Shown piece by piece: positions 29,543 through 43,920 of a stretch of DNA of 64,000 bases. The position numbers and the translations under genes were made by a program. Each line of letters opens with the position of its first letter. Position 1 is the first letter of the stretch. Source of the DNA: Flaccisagitta enflata (Eukaryota). Under the pieces are notes generated by a model. The model was not told the origin of the DNA, searched no databases, and saw only the letters and a program-made list of their open reading frames with translations. The stretch covers positions 45,198,001 to 45,262,000 of the forward strand of contig OZ231126.1 of the NCBI GenBank assembly GCA_965153355.1, given 5' to 3'.

Positions 29543-30159
29543 TGTTTCAAAATGACAAACTAAGGAAAAGAGGAAAAGAACGAAACAGGAGAAAAGGAAA
29601 TAAAAAAATGAGGTATGGCCCCCTTTTGGATTTATGGGACTCAGAGGGCCATCAGAAACGAAAGAATGAATCGGGGAATGGAGAAAAGAGCCATAAAATT
29701 CGAGGCAGATACAAAGACATCCACCGTCCTATAGAATTCTTCCTCATTCAAAAAAATTTCACCAAGGTAAGCTTTCACGAATGAATTACGACCTTTTTTC
29801 TGTTTCTCTTTCGATTTACGAGTCGTGGGAGCGATGAAGGAATTTGGGGGGATGAAGAGCAGAAAAAGTGGAGGCCTTTGGGTTTTCGTCCTTTCCTTAA
29901 CGCGCTGGCAAGCGGTTTTTCAATGTGCGTCTGTCAGTCCGACAAAATCCGTCATTGCTTCCTCTGCTGTAGTCCCTACGCCACAACGCGTAATTAGAAT
30001 TGATGTGACAGCATAGAAGCAATAACGTTAAACAACACGACTCGGAGTCAAGTGGAAATTCTTCCAGTACCTGGTTAATATCATTCATGTAAGTGCGATC
30101 CGGCATGTGCAAAATATTATATCTGCCGCTGATAACAAACACCTACAAAAAATAGATAA

Positions 30160-30646
30160 AAACAGGTCGCCCAAGGGCAATATGTGGTGCGATACCCGTC
30201 GCCCTGCTTTGCGTGATTGTGAAATGGAGTGAGAGGAAGCAGGGCAGCGGCCCCAAAGGGGACGAAGTCCTGTAGAACACAGGGGGACTTTCGTTCGTCA
30301 TTCCGTCCGTTCCCCCCAGGCCCTCTCAGGCCTGAAATCTGCGCTCTCAGGCCTAGAAATCTGCCCTCTCAGGCCTAAAATCTGTCCTCTCAGGCCTTGA
30401 ATCTGTGAGGGCAGATTTCAGGCCTGAGAGGGCAGATTTCAGGCCTGAGAGGGCAGATTTCTAGGCCTGAGAGCGCAGATTCAAGGCCTGAAAGGGCAGA
30501 TTTCAGGCCTGAGAGGGTAAATTTCAGGCCTGAGAGGGCAGATTTCAGGCCTGAGAGGGCCGGGGGGGGGGGACGCAGGGAATGACGAACGAAAGTCCCC
30601 CTGTGTTCTACAGGACTTCGTCCCCTTTGGGGCCGCTGCCCAAAAA
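30160..30646 (-). mobile_element. Family B element forming a near-complete palindrome
   Basis: Perfect 63 bp IR 30242-30304 / 30579-30641. The central 21 bp units gccctctcaggcctgaaatct run forward about 4 times, then inverted about 7 times. Confidence 0.85.
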
Positions 30647-30696
30647 GGATAAAAAAGGCTTATGCCGCAAAATCGTAAAAGACGGAAAAAACCTAA

Positions 30697-31285
30697 CCAT
30701 GGGGAATAAAAAATGGCGGATTTTCAAACCTTACTTTGAACCATAGCGTAACAAAAATGGATTGAAATGGGTGATGCCTGAAAAGCCCTTCAAAAGATCT
30801 TTCATTTGAGTCTAGTCTGGTATCTATAGCTTTACTCGTTTAGAAATGGCATAGGTTTGAAGAAAATATCACCAATTGGAAAAAGGGCAAATATTGTCTT
30901 TTTTTCTATTAGCAATTTTTGTCTCAACGTTTTCCTAATAATGCAATTCAGAATTGTCACAGCTACTTGATATCCATGAGCAAATTAAAGAGCTTTGAAT
31001 TTTCTTCAAAATGACTTCAAGAACGAATTTTTTACTCAATGCGCTTAATTTCTATGTTACAACAAACAAAAAACATAAAAATCCTGTAGTGAATTCTCGA
31101 ATTCATGACAACCTGCCTTCATCCCTATGCAATTTCTAAACGGATAAAGCTAGGACAACCAGCTACGTCTCATTTGAAAGATCTTTCGAGCTTCGATATG
31201 GTCACCGATTTTTTTATAGTTTTTTCTCAATCTAAGGTAGATAGAATTAGCTTTCCAAAATCCGCCATTTTTCATGCCCCCAAGG
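30697..31285. mobile_element. MITE with long imperfect TIRs, possibly piggyBac-like (CC...GG termini, ctaa/ttaa flanks)
   Basis: ccatggggaataaaaaatggcggatttt / aaaatccgccatttttcatgcccccaagg; further internal IR aaagatctttcatttgag / ctcatttgaaagatcttt. Confidence 0.6.
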
Positions 31286-31537
31286 TTAATCATTAACATA
31301 GAATAAACCCAAAAAGACACACTCATTTTTTTCTCTTCGTAATTTTACGATCATGTGACAACCATTCATTTTTCTCAAAAATGCTGAGGGCAACCAAACA
31401 TTCTAAGTCACCGGCGACGTTCCTCGCATATTGCATAAGAATTCAATGTCGTACACGATGAGTAAAAAGCTATAAAGGGCTGTGTTTCCGCCATGATACC
31501 GACCACAGAGGAAACAGTAACGGGGAAATGGGCTAGA

Positions 31538-31713
31538 CAACAAGGCCGGATACACGGCAATCCAGTCGCGGACGGTTGGGCAGGAGCTGTAATGCCGATA
31601 CCGCTCGAAGTTCAAAAATGTGACCTACCGACCGACCTACCGACCTACCGACCTACCGACCTACCGACTGACCGACGCGGCAAGGTGTGAAGTCGCGTGT
31701 CCGCGACTAAAAA
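31538..31713 (-). mobile_element. Family A variant element
   Basis: caacaaggccggatacacggc...agtcgcggac, (ccgaccta) repeats, agtcgcgtgtccgcgactaaaa. Confidence 0.7.
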
Positions 31714-32058
31714 ACGAATTTGAGAAGGCGGATGGGCGGAAGTCAGAAAAATAAAGACAAGGTGCTTTCGCATAAATCACACCTTTTGTCCAGGAGGTGA
31801 TGGCTTGAAAATGGAACGAAATACATGGAGAAAAATCACACAAATTGCTAAATCGCACTGACACATCTATTTTAGTCAATCAGTCAGTCAGTCTGTAAAG
31901 ACTCTGTATGCTTGGCTCAGTACCTGTATGTCTTTTTCTTGCTCCACGCAGTTCTACAAGACACTTGTTGGTCAATCGTTCTGTTGTTTGGACGGTCTGT
32001 CGGTCTGTCGGTCGGTCGGCCCCTGCCGATCCGCAAGCGACTATTAGGTTTGTCCTAG

Positions 32059-32121
<63 letters not shown>

Positions 32122-32240
32122 GAGAAGGAAAAAAGATGTGAGATTTTTTTGCGTAATGGTATTATGATCGGAAGTGCAATCAAGAAGCAGGACGGCATCA
32201 CAACGATCTAATGGATCTGGAGACGCAAGAATGTGACAGA

Positions 32241-32426
<186 letters not shown>

Positions 32427-33542
32427 AAAAAGAAAAGGAGTCAAAGTAAATTCAGAGGAAAGGAAGGGGCCCCCCCAGAGTTAAAGGAAGAATCCTTAGT
32501 GTCGAAATGTCGAACAATGAATCACTTCAATCGTGATGTTTCCAAAGATATCCATTCATTTTTTTATCAAGCACCCAAAAGTGAATTTAAGCGCTTTTAT
32601 GTTTGGTGTTTATTTACCATTCATTTGAAGAAAAAGTTGGAGATTAAGTTTCTGAAACGTTCGTTCAAAGGCGTTTAAGTATAAAAGCCGCTGTGTCGGC
32701 GTGACGCTGGCAACGACGTCTTCTGTACCGCCGCTGAAGACGTCGATGTGACTATCCGCATCCGCGCCTCTATTGCCAGCTTGCCACTTAGGAACGGTTA
32801 TTTGACTATTGAATCACGATTTGACGCTCAATACTAGTAAGCAATGATGCGGTAGTGGTTGATCCGGTTTTGTTTGTGGTGCAAGCAGTTGTGGTGGACA
32901 GGAAACAAAGTTGACTACCATGGTACCCTTTCTTGAAGGGAAGGCATACTGGAATATCTTTTGTTTGGTCAATCGGTTTTGAATTGGTTTGGTAACTAAT
33001 TTGATACTTGGTGAGGAATCTTCCGTCCTTAGATTGCGTGGATTACACACCTTACTATGGTTGCGCAACTTAGTGATAAATTTGCCTTCGCTGCTAAATT
33101 CACTTTCTTGTCAAGGGAAATGTCATTAACAAAAAACACTGTGGTAGTTTCGAATTCAACACATCTCTCCCAAAGTGGACTCCTTCTTTCTTGCAAGCGT
33201 GTCTCCATCGCCTTTAAAGCGACGAAGAATTTTGAAAATGGATGAAAATGATTTAAAAGTTTGGAATGGGCTTCGGAAATGGTTGATGGTTGCCGAATTC
33301 GAATCGTGCCATCATCATTATGATATTTTGGGGAAATTTTGTCGCTCTTTTTTTTCACGCATTATCGATGGAAGGAGGAAGGAAACGCAGGAAAGATGGG
33401 GAAGAAAAAGAAAAAAAAAGAAAAAGGAAAAAAAGAAAAAGAAAAAGAAAAAGAAAAAAGAAAAAGAAAAAAAAAGAGAGAGAAGAAGAAAAAGAAAAAG
33501 AAACAGAAAAAGAAAAAGAGAATAAGAAGAAGGACAAGAAGA

Positions 33543-33710
33543 AACAAGGCCGGATACACGGCTACCGAAGTCGCGTGCGGGTGGGCAGGGGCCATATTTG
33601 AGGCCACCAGACCATTTGGACAGGAGCAGTGAGGTCAAAGATATAAAGTCATAAAAAATTAAAGTGTGACCGACCGACCGACCGACGGACGGACAAAGCG
33701 GGTTGTAGAG
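33543..33710 (-). mobile_element. Family A element truncated at its 5' palindrome
   Basis: Reverse complement of the 1349-1559 copy, ending at cgggttgtagag. Confidence 0.7.
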
Positions 33711-34999
33711 GGAGAAGAAGGAGATGATGAAAAGGGAGATGATGAAGAAAAAAGAAAAAAGATAAGGAAGAAATACCAGACAGGACCATCAACAAGTCAG
33801 GTTATGGTAATGATTCTAGGAACTTTGCGATTACATTTGCAGCATCAAAGAGATTCCAACCACTGATAGCATCTCCGCTTCTGGGGTTGTACATCAAATA
33901 TCGCCCTTATGACCCATTAACTATTCCCCCACTTGCCATTCATGCCAAATCTTAAGCTTCTACTACAAGCGGTTGTGGCTGTACGAATGGGAGGGTAGAA
34001 AATAATGGGCCACTACTTGTATGTAATTCGAAGTAACCTGTAAATGGCTTACAATAGGAAAACTTTCTCTTTTTACTCCCATCATACAGTCCGTATTAGC
34101 AGTGCCACAATTTACCACCATGAAGCATTTTTTCAAGATTACCCATACATGTATCCTGATACAGAGAAGCGATGGGCAAAAGTTTTTTCCGTGCTAAGCA
34201 AACGAGTGTCTTTTATCCTTGCCTTGAAAAACGTTGGTCTATTGTTTTCCCTCGTTTCCCCGTGCACCTAGGCACTCTCGCTTCTCTGGCCGGCCCTCGT
34301 CACGTCTACTTCTCGGTTACGGCGAAAGGTGGCTGAAAATCAGCCGGCCGAGCTACGCACACCTCAACCTGGGAGAGATAGAGAGAGCGACGAGGAAAAT
34401 TAAGCAAATTGGCTCTCATTCACGATTGCTCTTTCGTTTGCACGTAACCAGTCTCTAGGTATATGTATATACTTGTGAAGTGCTTTTTGCACAGAATATG
34501 GTAATATGCGGATGCTTTTATCGTGAATACATAAACGCACGATTTTATTCCCGCGTTTTAAAGAAGATAACTCCCGGTTTCCTCACCATCAGTTGGCTGT
34601 TATAGTTAAGTGCGCCAACTTTGAGAGAAAGAGAAGGAGAGGGTGTCCAGTGTATGGCCCATAGCCAATTTAGAGTATGAGGTAAAGCTTAAAAGATGGC
34701 TTAGGTTAATGTCGTCAGTTTTTTTAGTTTTCCGAGACGTTTCCAAGACGTCAGCATTTCCTTGATGAGTATAGTATCATAGAAAGCAACAGATAACTAC
34801 GTATATCGTGCATAGGAAAGCTTGTGCTGGTTCTGGACCGAACCGGAGATCTGGGTGGTGATTTTTGCCAGTTTGTCTCAAACTCAAAGGGTGATGAGAT
34901 TTGGGAACGCAGAGTCCAAATTTGTCTTTAAAAACTTCCAGAGGCTTGGCGGGCTATTGGCTAGGGATGAATTTATGAAGGACCATTAAAAGAGTGTAT

Positions 35000-35515
35000 C
35001 TATGTTTGTCTGAGCATGCAAATACAAGAAAACTTGTTAATGGGCATAGCTGCTCATCTGTGACAATGTTTTTGAGTATTCTAACTCATTTAGCTTATTT
35101 AGGTGAATCTCTTTTTTTCTTAAATGGGATAAGTAAATAAAAATTTTCATATGTGTCTGAGAATGCAACAAGATAGCATGTCAGTGAGCTTAGCTGCTTA
35201 TCTATGAGGGTGTTCATGAGTATTCTAGCTCATTCAGTTCATTTAGCTGTCTCTTTTTTTCATTTTAAATGGGATAAATAAATAAATGTTTTGATATGTG
35301 TCTGAGCATGCAAGTACAAGAAAACATGTTTATGAGCATTGCTGCTCATCTGTGTGAGTGTTTTTGAGTATTCTAACTCATTTAGCTCAGTTTTTTTTCT
35401 GTTTTACATGGGATGTTTTGATGCATGTCTGCAAATACAAGCAAGCATGTCAGTGAGCATAGCTGCTTAAATTGGGTGAGGGATTTTGAGTATTTTAGCT
35501 CATCTAGCTCAGTTG
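35000..35515. repeat. Four degenerate ~145 bp tandem units in ABAB order
   Basis: tgtctgagcatgcaa...agctgct...gagtattctaactcatttagct recurs at ~35005, 35155, 35298 and 35425. Confidence 0.8.
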
Positions 35516-35911
35516 GCCCAGTCCTATTTTTCTCTGATTTTCAGTGCAATCAATACATACATTTGCTTTTAATTTAAACTAACTAATAAAAACTTTTGCA
35601 GTGGCTGAGGACGAAAGCTTAGTGGAAAGTGACCAATGCTTACCTCTTTTTTTCTCACGGCAATAGCAGCCATTATTGCATTGGTACAATAATAGCTCTT
35701 GATTTAATCTAATAAATAAAAGAAATTGCAGTGACTGAAGATAAAAGCTTGGCGAAAAGTATCAAATGTTTACAAATTTTTCCCTCACGGCGACAGCCAC
35801 CATTACTGGTAATGTGCTGCGGTTTTGTCATGCCAAATCTCAATACTAAGCGCTTGCTTGTTGGAAGTGAGCATAACTTTTTAAAAAATCTATCTTCTTT
35901 TAGGCCATGTC

Positions 35912-36328
<417 letters not shown>

Positions 36329-36958
36329 TCAGGATTGGTTCTGTACAGAAGGTCTCTCTATCAGCCTGTTATTGTGTTCCACGATAGTGGAACACAAGAT
36401 ATTCAGAGTTTCTCCATCCGTCCGTCCGTTTGTTTGTTCGTTTGTTTATCCGTCCATCCATGTGTTACTCAACCCAGTTTGTCACAGCATAGTTTTCTTT
36501 ATTGTGTGTCACAAAACCCAGTTTTCTCTAAATAGGTGTCACAAAGTGTAGGTTTCTCTGAATGTGTGTCACACAATCTAGTTTTTTCAAAATATGTGTT
36601 TTGCAGCTCAAGTTTTTTCTATTATGTGTTAAATAATAGTTTTTTCTTTCTAAATGTCTGTCACACAGCCCAGTTTTTTCTCCATTGTGTGATACACAAC
36701 CCAGTTCATGAGACCCGCGGTTATGAGCCGTTTAGTTATGAGCCTTGCGGTTATGAGGCCCTGTGGTTTTATGCCCTGCGGTTATTGGCCCCATGAATGT
36801 AAACCCCGCGGTTTTAAGCCCTGCATCTATACGCCTCACTGTTATTAGCCACGCAGTTCTGAGGACAGGCTGTAGAGCCACCCACAGACAGCCAACATAT
36901 ATAACACAGATTTCTCTGAACATTAATGTAAGATAGTTTTTTTGAAGTTATTGCATTA

Positions 36959-37612
36959 TCAATAGCCTGTACTGAAATGACTAAAACCAAAAAAATCGAA
37001 ATTCTATGAGCAGTTCATGTTGTGGAGCTGTCTTGGGCTTCTATTGTCATCATTTTCAGCTTCAAAAGGTTACATCTTGCTTTCCGCGCCTTACCTTGAA
37101 CTTCCCATGGGTCAATAGGAAACTAAAAATTTCAAATTGCTCAAATCAAAATTTTGACTGCAGATTTGAGATCTGCATGAAAAAATGTCTGTTGAAAGTG
37201 CTTTTCTTTTTTCAAAATTCCTTTGGGATCATTATCAAAATCCACGCTAAAGATTTTTAAAGAAGGTAAGTTCAATGAGTTTACAAAGAAATTAAAAGGA
37301 AAGGTATGTTTCGCAATTTTTGACAGCACTTTTGACCACCTTCTAATTGGAATATCAAAAAAAGGGTAATACTTTCAATTGACAGTTTTTTCTGCAGATT
37401 TCAAATCTGCAGTCAGAACTGGAATTTGAAAACTTTGAAATTTTGGATTTCCTATAGGGGTAAGGATTATAGAAGGTAAGGCGCGGCTACCTAAAAGTAG
37501 AATTTTAACGCCAATATTAATTTCAATAGAATCCTGAGACAGTCCCACAACATGATCTGCTCGTAGAATATTAATTTTATTGTTTTTTGTCATTTAGGTA
37601 CAAGCTATTAAT
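36959..37612. mobile_element. About 650 bp fold-back MITE
   Basis: aatagcctgtac / gtacaagctatt, catgttgtgg / ccacaacatg, ccgcgccttacctt / aaggtaaggcgcgg and tgactgcagatttgagatctgca / tgcagatttcaaatctgcagtca are all symmetrically placed. Confidence 0.8.
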
Positions 37613-37719
37613 CATTCATGCTCAATCAAGTTATCGTGGAACACATTATGGCGAACGCCACTTGTTTCCATTCGAATTGACCCTGGTAACCGAGTAAAGT
37701 CTCCAGTAGCAGATTATCA

Positions 37720-38626
37720 TTTTCAATCGCGTGCTACGCGACTCTACATCCCACTATGTCGGTCCGTCAGTCGGTTGGTCGGTCTGTCCCCTTTTTGGGC
37801 CCGAAGGGGCCGATGACCTATGCTTTCACACATAGGGGAAATTTTTCCTTCTTCTTCTTCTCCTTCTTCTCCGTCCACCCCCTTCGAAGCTTATATCCTG
37901 GCCCTGGAGCCCTAATCCTAGCCTTGAGGCCCAAATCCTAGTCTCGAGGCCCAAATTCTAGCCTCAAGGCCTAAATCCTAGCCTCGAGGCTCAAATCCCA
38001 ACCTTTAGGCTCAAATCCAAACCTTGAGGCTCAAATCCCAACCTTGAGGCTCAAATCCCAGTCTAGAGGCCCCTATCCTGACCTCAAGGCTCACATCCCA
38101 GCCTCAAGTCTCAAATCCCAGCCTTGAGGCTCAAATCACAGCCTCAAGTCTCAAATCCCAGCCTAAAGCCTCAAATCTCAGCCTAAAGCCTCAAATCACA
38201 GCCTCGAGGCTCAAATAACAGTCTCATAGCTCAAATCACAGCCTAGAGACTTAAATACCAGCCTTGAGGCTCATATCCCAGCCAAAGGCCTCAAATCCCA
38301 GCCTCAAGCCTCAAATCCCAGCCTCGAGGCTCATATCCCAGCCTTGAGGTTCAAATCCCATTATTGATGCTCAAATTCAATCCTAGACCTTCAAAACTCA
38401 CTAACTCACTCACTTTGGGGCCGCTGCCCCTCTCACCATCATACACCCACATATACTCACTTAGGGGCAACGGGTACCGCTGACCATATAACGCTTTTGC
38501 GACTATTACTTCTTCAGCGTTTTTGAGGTTTTTGAGCTTACTGCTCCTACCCAAATGCTCCAGTGACGTTCTCCAGCACTGCTCCTGCCCACCCGCAGGC
38601 GACTGGGGTAGCCGTGTATCCGGCCC
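37720..38626 (+). mobile_element. Family A element interrupted by a family B2 element (37791-38510) with about 23 x 20 bp repeats
   Basis: A 5' end at 37720 and A 3' end at 38580-38626. B2 head cccgaaggggccgatgacctatgctttcacac, unit gccttgaggctcaaatccca, tail ggggcaacgggtaccgctgaccatataacgcttttgcgact. Confidence 0.75.
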
Positions 38627-39097
38627 TGGAACTATTGAAATCTACCAATTATCTTTCTTTTGAGACCAATCCCAGGTCCCTCGGGCAATCCGTATGGAAA
38701 TGAAAGGCTAATGGATACAGCTTCTATAAGGATATTGACTCGGCTTCAAAAATGGTAGTTATGCCCGCTTTCAACAATCAAAGCGCTAAATACTATGATT
38801 TGGCGTAACAAAACCGCGCAGCTTATCACCAATAAAAGATAGGAATTTGTTGACTTTTTTCCCAGTACAGTAGTTTTCAAGCTGTGAGTCAATCCGATCT
38901 GAAAGTGTGAAAAAATGAAGTTTTGATGAAGAAAAAAATACCAAAAGAGATCAAGGAATGTTAGATCTTGCCAAAATACACTTCCCTACCAATTTTCATA
39001 CTTTTATGATGATTATTAGCCATGATTTCAAAACAAGATTGTTAGTGTGATTTTAGCAATTTTCGCCAAAAGCTCATTTGGACATTGTAGTAACTTG

Positions 39098-39279
39098 GTT
39101 TTTAGTTGCGGACACGCAACTCTATAAGAGGCTTTGTCCGTCCGTCCATCGGTTGGTCAGTTGGTCGGTCGGTTGGTTGGTTGGTCGGTCCGTCACGCTC
39201 GAGTTGAAAAGTGGGAAAATGCGCATTTCCGCCCCTGCCCACCCGTCCGCAACTGGTGGCCGTGTATCCGGCCTTGTTT
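39098..39279 (+). mobile_element. Family A2 element, full copy
   Basis: agttgcggacacgcaact 5' palindrome, GGTY repeats, 3' gtccgcaact and ggccgtgtatccggccttgtt. Confidence 0.75.
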
Positions 39280-39762
39280 GGTTATAATTCCTCCAATATT
39301 TCTCATTTAAGCATGAAAATATGTGGGGAAGTATATTTCAACAAATAGGGTACTAATACGAAAACAGCTGAAATGTTTGAATAAGGCCTCCAGCACATGG
39401 AATGGCTCGTATTTACATGGGTCACACAAATGACAGCCATAAATGACACTTGGGACTCATTTCATAACGCCTGGGGTAGTGTAAGCGAGCGGTATCTGCC
39501 CCTAAATTTCTGGCAATTTTTTTTCTCCAAGAAAATGGAGCTATACTGTGTCTTGCAATGAGTTGAAATCAGTAGATACCAGATAATTAATATGGATACA
39601 GGTGGTGATGCTGGCACCACCTAGGCCCGCCATTATCGATAAGATTTGAGTGTTGATAGAATTCTTTACAAAATTGATGGATCATCTTTCACTTGGAAAT
39701 TTACATCGTTTTGAAAGTTAATAGACAACCACATTTTCCGTTTGATTTTAGATTGTACAACT

Positions 39763-39849
<87 letters not shown>

Positions 39850-39896
39850 CGCAGGCCATGACCCGCACTCACAACTTAGTTGGATTTGAACATGGC

Positions 39897-41037
39897 AACA
39901 AGGCTGGATACAAGGCTACCCCGGTCATAGACAGGTGGGCAGGGGCCGCATTTTAGGTAATTAAAACATTCAGAGAGAAACAGCGAGACCTAAGACCGCA
40001 AATACAAAAAAAAAAAAAAAGAAACAGGTAGAATGTGACGGAACCAAGCGTAGCAGCCGACTAAACAAGTGACGGGGGGGGTTTACAATATCGTTTCGGA
40101 TGGGTGGGCAGGGGCATCTAACCCCCAGCCTCTCCCCAACAACACCCCCAACCCACCTCCAACACACTCACACACAAACAATACCAACTGCAGCATAATA
40201 AATGTGCGTTTTCGCGTTTTCAACTAGCGACAACTCGAGCGTGACCAACAGACCAACAAACCAACGGAGAGACCAACGGACAGACAAAGTCTCTTATAGA
40301 GTTGTGTGTCCACAACTAAAAAAGAAACCGCTGTGGTCATGAGAATCGATCCAAACATGTAAAATTGAGGAAATAACTTGATTTATGCATAATTGTGAGG
40401 AGCGTGCCCAGCGTGCACGCTCAACAGAATCACTAAATTAAGGCCTGTTTAAGGATATTCATTTCTTCATTTGCGTGTATGAACATCTTTCTGCACACCT
40501 GCTAGAACTTTCTTTCTCCATGACTTTGGGCAACGATCTAGTAGCTAATTTGCGGGCTACATCAGTTGGACCTAGCTTGCTCCACCGACTACAATACAAA
40601 AACATGACAAACGGACCAACAGAACAACCAACCGACCTTCCGACCGACACGGCAAGGTGTAGAGTCGCATCTCCGCGACTAAAAATTGAAAATTCCTGAA
40701 CTGTATGAACTACACACTAATTCCATTTAAAAAAAAAATAAGGCCAAACAGGCTAACGATGCGTCCTGTCTTAATGAATATTTTATTCAATTTATTATGA
40801 ATGCATAGTTTTTATATGAATGAATATCACTTATGAATAGATAAATGATTCAATGAAAAAAATATTACATGTATGATGCTTTTACTGGATAGAACCATGT
40901 TACTGTTGAGAAAGTGCAGGATTTTGATGTTTTTATTGAATGCATTACTAACCAACCAACCAAACAACCAACCAACTGACTGACCGACCAACCAATGGAC
41001 ACAGCCTATTATAGTGATACGAGGACGCATCTAAAAA
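39897..41037 (-). mobile_element. Cluster of reverse-strand family A/A2-type elements (39897-40322 nested pair, ~40560-40685, 40738-41037)
   Basis: Repeated acaaggc ends, (GACC/AACC)n cores and ...actaaaaa / ...atctaaaaa ends. Confidence 0.6.
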
Positions 41038-42608
41038 GACGTTTCCATAGGCACGCAACATGTAGCTCGTTTGCGTTTGTTCTACGTGCCAATTTCATGA
41101 TGGTATTTATGATTCTCATAATTGTGCTTGACATAAGCTCACAGTCTGGGCTCTCGCCATCCTTCGCCACATAGAAAATAAATTTTGAAAACAGATTTGA
41201 ATTCCCCATAAGCTAATCTACAAGGTTGTATGGCGTGTTTTAGCGAGTTGGCCTCAATATTACCGCAGGAGGTGATTTTTGAGGCCCTCCTCCATTCTCT
41301 TTCATTTTTTTCCAAAATTCATTGTAAAAAAATCACAGGATCACACATAACGCGTTTCCAAGTAATTCTGATTGAAAACTGATCAAATACCAATCGTATT
41401 AATTCATATTTGATATAGCAAAGGTGATTAAAAAATTACGACATCTTTTTTTTTCACTCCTTTTCTTCCTGGTTTGCCCCTGCTTAGTTCCCTACAACAA
41501 AATGTAAAATCCCATGAGCTCTTTTCATCGTTTTCCTTTCATCAAGGTTTACTTTTTTAAATTCTAAAGTTTTAGAATGCATTTTAGGTGTCTAAACATC
41601 AACCGACTTTAATCAAATTTTCTCACAGATAATTGTTTTTCATTAACAGGGCATATTATTTCTTCAGAGTTATACCATTGTTAACAAAAAAACTACCATT
41701 TTTTGCTAAAAAGTTGATACTGTTAATCCACACCTTTTTTGGGCCTAGTGTGCAAAAAATTGCAGATGATTACTTTTTTTTATTTTTTCAAAGGGTTTTG
41801 GGCTTGCGGATATTAGACCGCATAGGAAGCTAAATTTCTAAAGCTGTATGGTTTGATAGTTTATAAAAAAATTTTTTGGACATGTACTAAAACTTTTTTA
41901 CCCTTCATGGTGACCTATCATCCCATGATATATCTTCTTTGAAGATGAAGGCCTTTTTCCCTTTAATCACTAAAAATCATAACCATAACCATATATAGTG
42001 TAAATTCTCATAAATCCCACCCCCCTAATTAGGATAAAGGGGCTCAACTAGGGATATGGACACCTTGGTTCTCTTTTTTCAATTAGGTCAACTCTAACCA
42101 AAATTGGGCTGAGTTGATGGTCCCAATCAATGCCAGAAGACAGCTCTAACAACACCCTTTCCCTAAAATATTCATTATTTCTAAATAAAATATTAAGATA
42201 TTTATTTTTTAAGATAGGAAAATATGACACATTTAGTAAAAAGTATATGCCTAGGGAATTTTGATAGTGTTTCAAAAGACCACAGATTAGGTATGTATGT
42301 GTATGTAATGGAAGCTTACACTATATAAATGTCCGTATCTTTTCCAAATTTTGTTCAATTTCTGTTTCCTTTTGATTAATTGTATGAGTTTTATATAGGA
42401 TAAATTGTTGCACAAGCCACTTAATTGATGCACACATGCGTATAAACTGGCGAACCGACAAACGTGCACCTTGCTCGGTGTGTTCGTTGAGGTGGGCTCA
42501 TTTCGTTTCATTTCGTGTGATTTCGTCTTCGCCATTTATTTTCTTTTCTTTTCAATTTTCATGCAAATGAGAGGCGTTCATCATCACGGCAGGAGAATAT
42601 ATGCGGAT

Positions 42609-42698
<90 letters not shown>

Positions 42699-43112
42699 AG
42701 GTGTTATGCCTCCTCGGCAACTAAATCCAAAGCCAAGGAAGACGGGTAGAGCAACAAAATATGGAGTTTGTATGGTTATGTAAATGAGTGCGTTTGTGGG
42801 TATGGGTATATGGATGAGTTCTGCATGTATGGGTAACTGTGCAAGTAGATGGGCAAAAGAATTGAGCTTTCTGAGGTAAGTGGTTTATTGTGATTAGGGG
42901 CTGGGTTTGTTTGTTTGTTTCTTTCTTTCTTTTTGACTCGGGTTGGTAAAAATCATGGTTGCTGCAGAGCCTGTAATGGACCGATGGACCGACTTGCCTA
43001 CCAAACGAAAGGTGGCTTATTGAGTCGAAAGTCCTCGACTTACAATGAATGATTTTACAATAAGATAGACAGAGTAATCTCCACTTCCTGCGGGTTGGGC
43101 TGACTGATGGAT

Positions 43113-43920
43113 AAACAAGGCCGGATACACGGCTACCCTAGTCGCGTGCGGGTGGGCAGGGGCAGTGATGGAGAAGGTCACAAGGGCATTTGGTCGGGAG
43201 TAGTGAGCTCAGAATGCTCAAAACGCCAAAAAAGTAACCAGTCGCCCAAGGGCGATATGTGGTCAGCGATACCCGTTGCCCTGCTTTATATGGCAGTGAT
43301 TGTAGGTGATGGTTAGCAGGGCAGCGGCCCTAAAGGGGATGATGTTCTGCAGAAAACAGGGGGCCCAATTGAGTTTGTGAGGCGGGGATTTCAGCATTGA
43401 GGCTGAGATTTGAGCCTGGAGGTTGGGATTTGAGCCTCGAGGCTGGGATTTAAACTTTGAGGCTAGTATTTTAGCGTTGAGGCTGAGATTTGAGCCTCCA
43501 GGCTGAGATTGGAGCCTTCAAGCTGGAATTTGATCTTACAGGCTGGGATTTGGGCCTTGAGGCTGGTATATGAGCCTTGAAGATGGGACTTGAGCCCTAA
43601 GGCTGGGATTTTAGCCTTGAGGTTAGGATTTAAACTTGAGGCTGGGATTTAAGGCTTGAGGCTGGAAATTGGGCCACCAGGCTGGGATCTGTGCCATAAG
43701 AATAATATTTTAGCCTTGAGGCTGGGATGTGAGCCTCAAAGCTGGTGGTGGGGGGGACGGACAAATGAATGAAAGTTCTCTGCATAATACAGGACATCGT
43801 CCCCTTCGGGGCCGCTGCTCAAAAAGAAAACCGACCGACCGACCGACTGACTGACCAACCAACCGACCAAACGACGGACGGACAAAGCGGGTTATAGAGT
43901 AGCGTGACCGCGACTAAAAA
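43113..43920 (-). mobile_element. Family A element interrupted by a family B element (43236-43825) with 20 bp repeats
   Basis: A ends at 43113 and 43920; B tail tcgcccaagggcga at ~43242, arms at 43319 and ~43790-43820, unit gaggctgggatttgagcctt. Confidence 0.75.

Noticed and set aside
41170-42300. Possible further DNA-transposon derivative (also 4140-4520, 38640-39400, 60060-60460)
   Set aside because: AT-rich and element-like, but I could not define termini or TSDs by eye.
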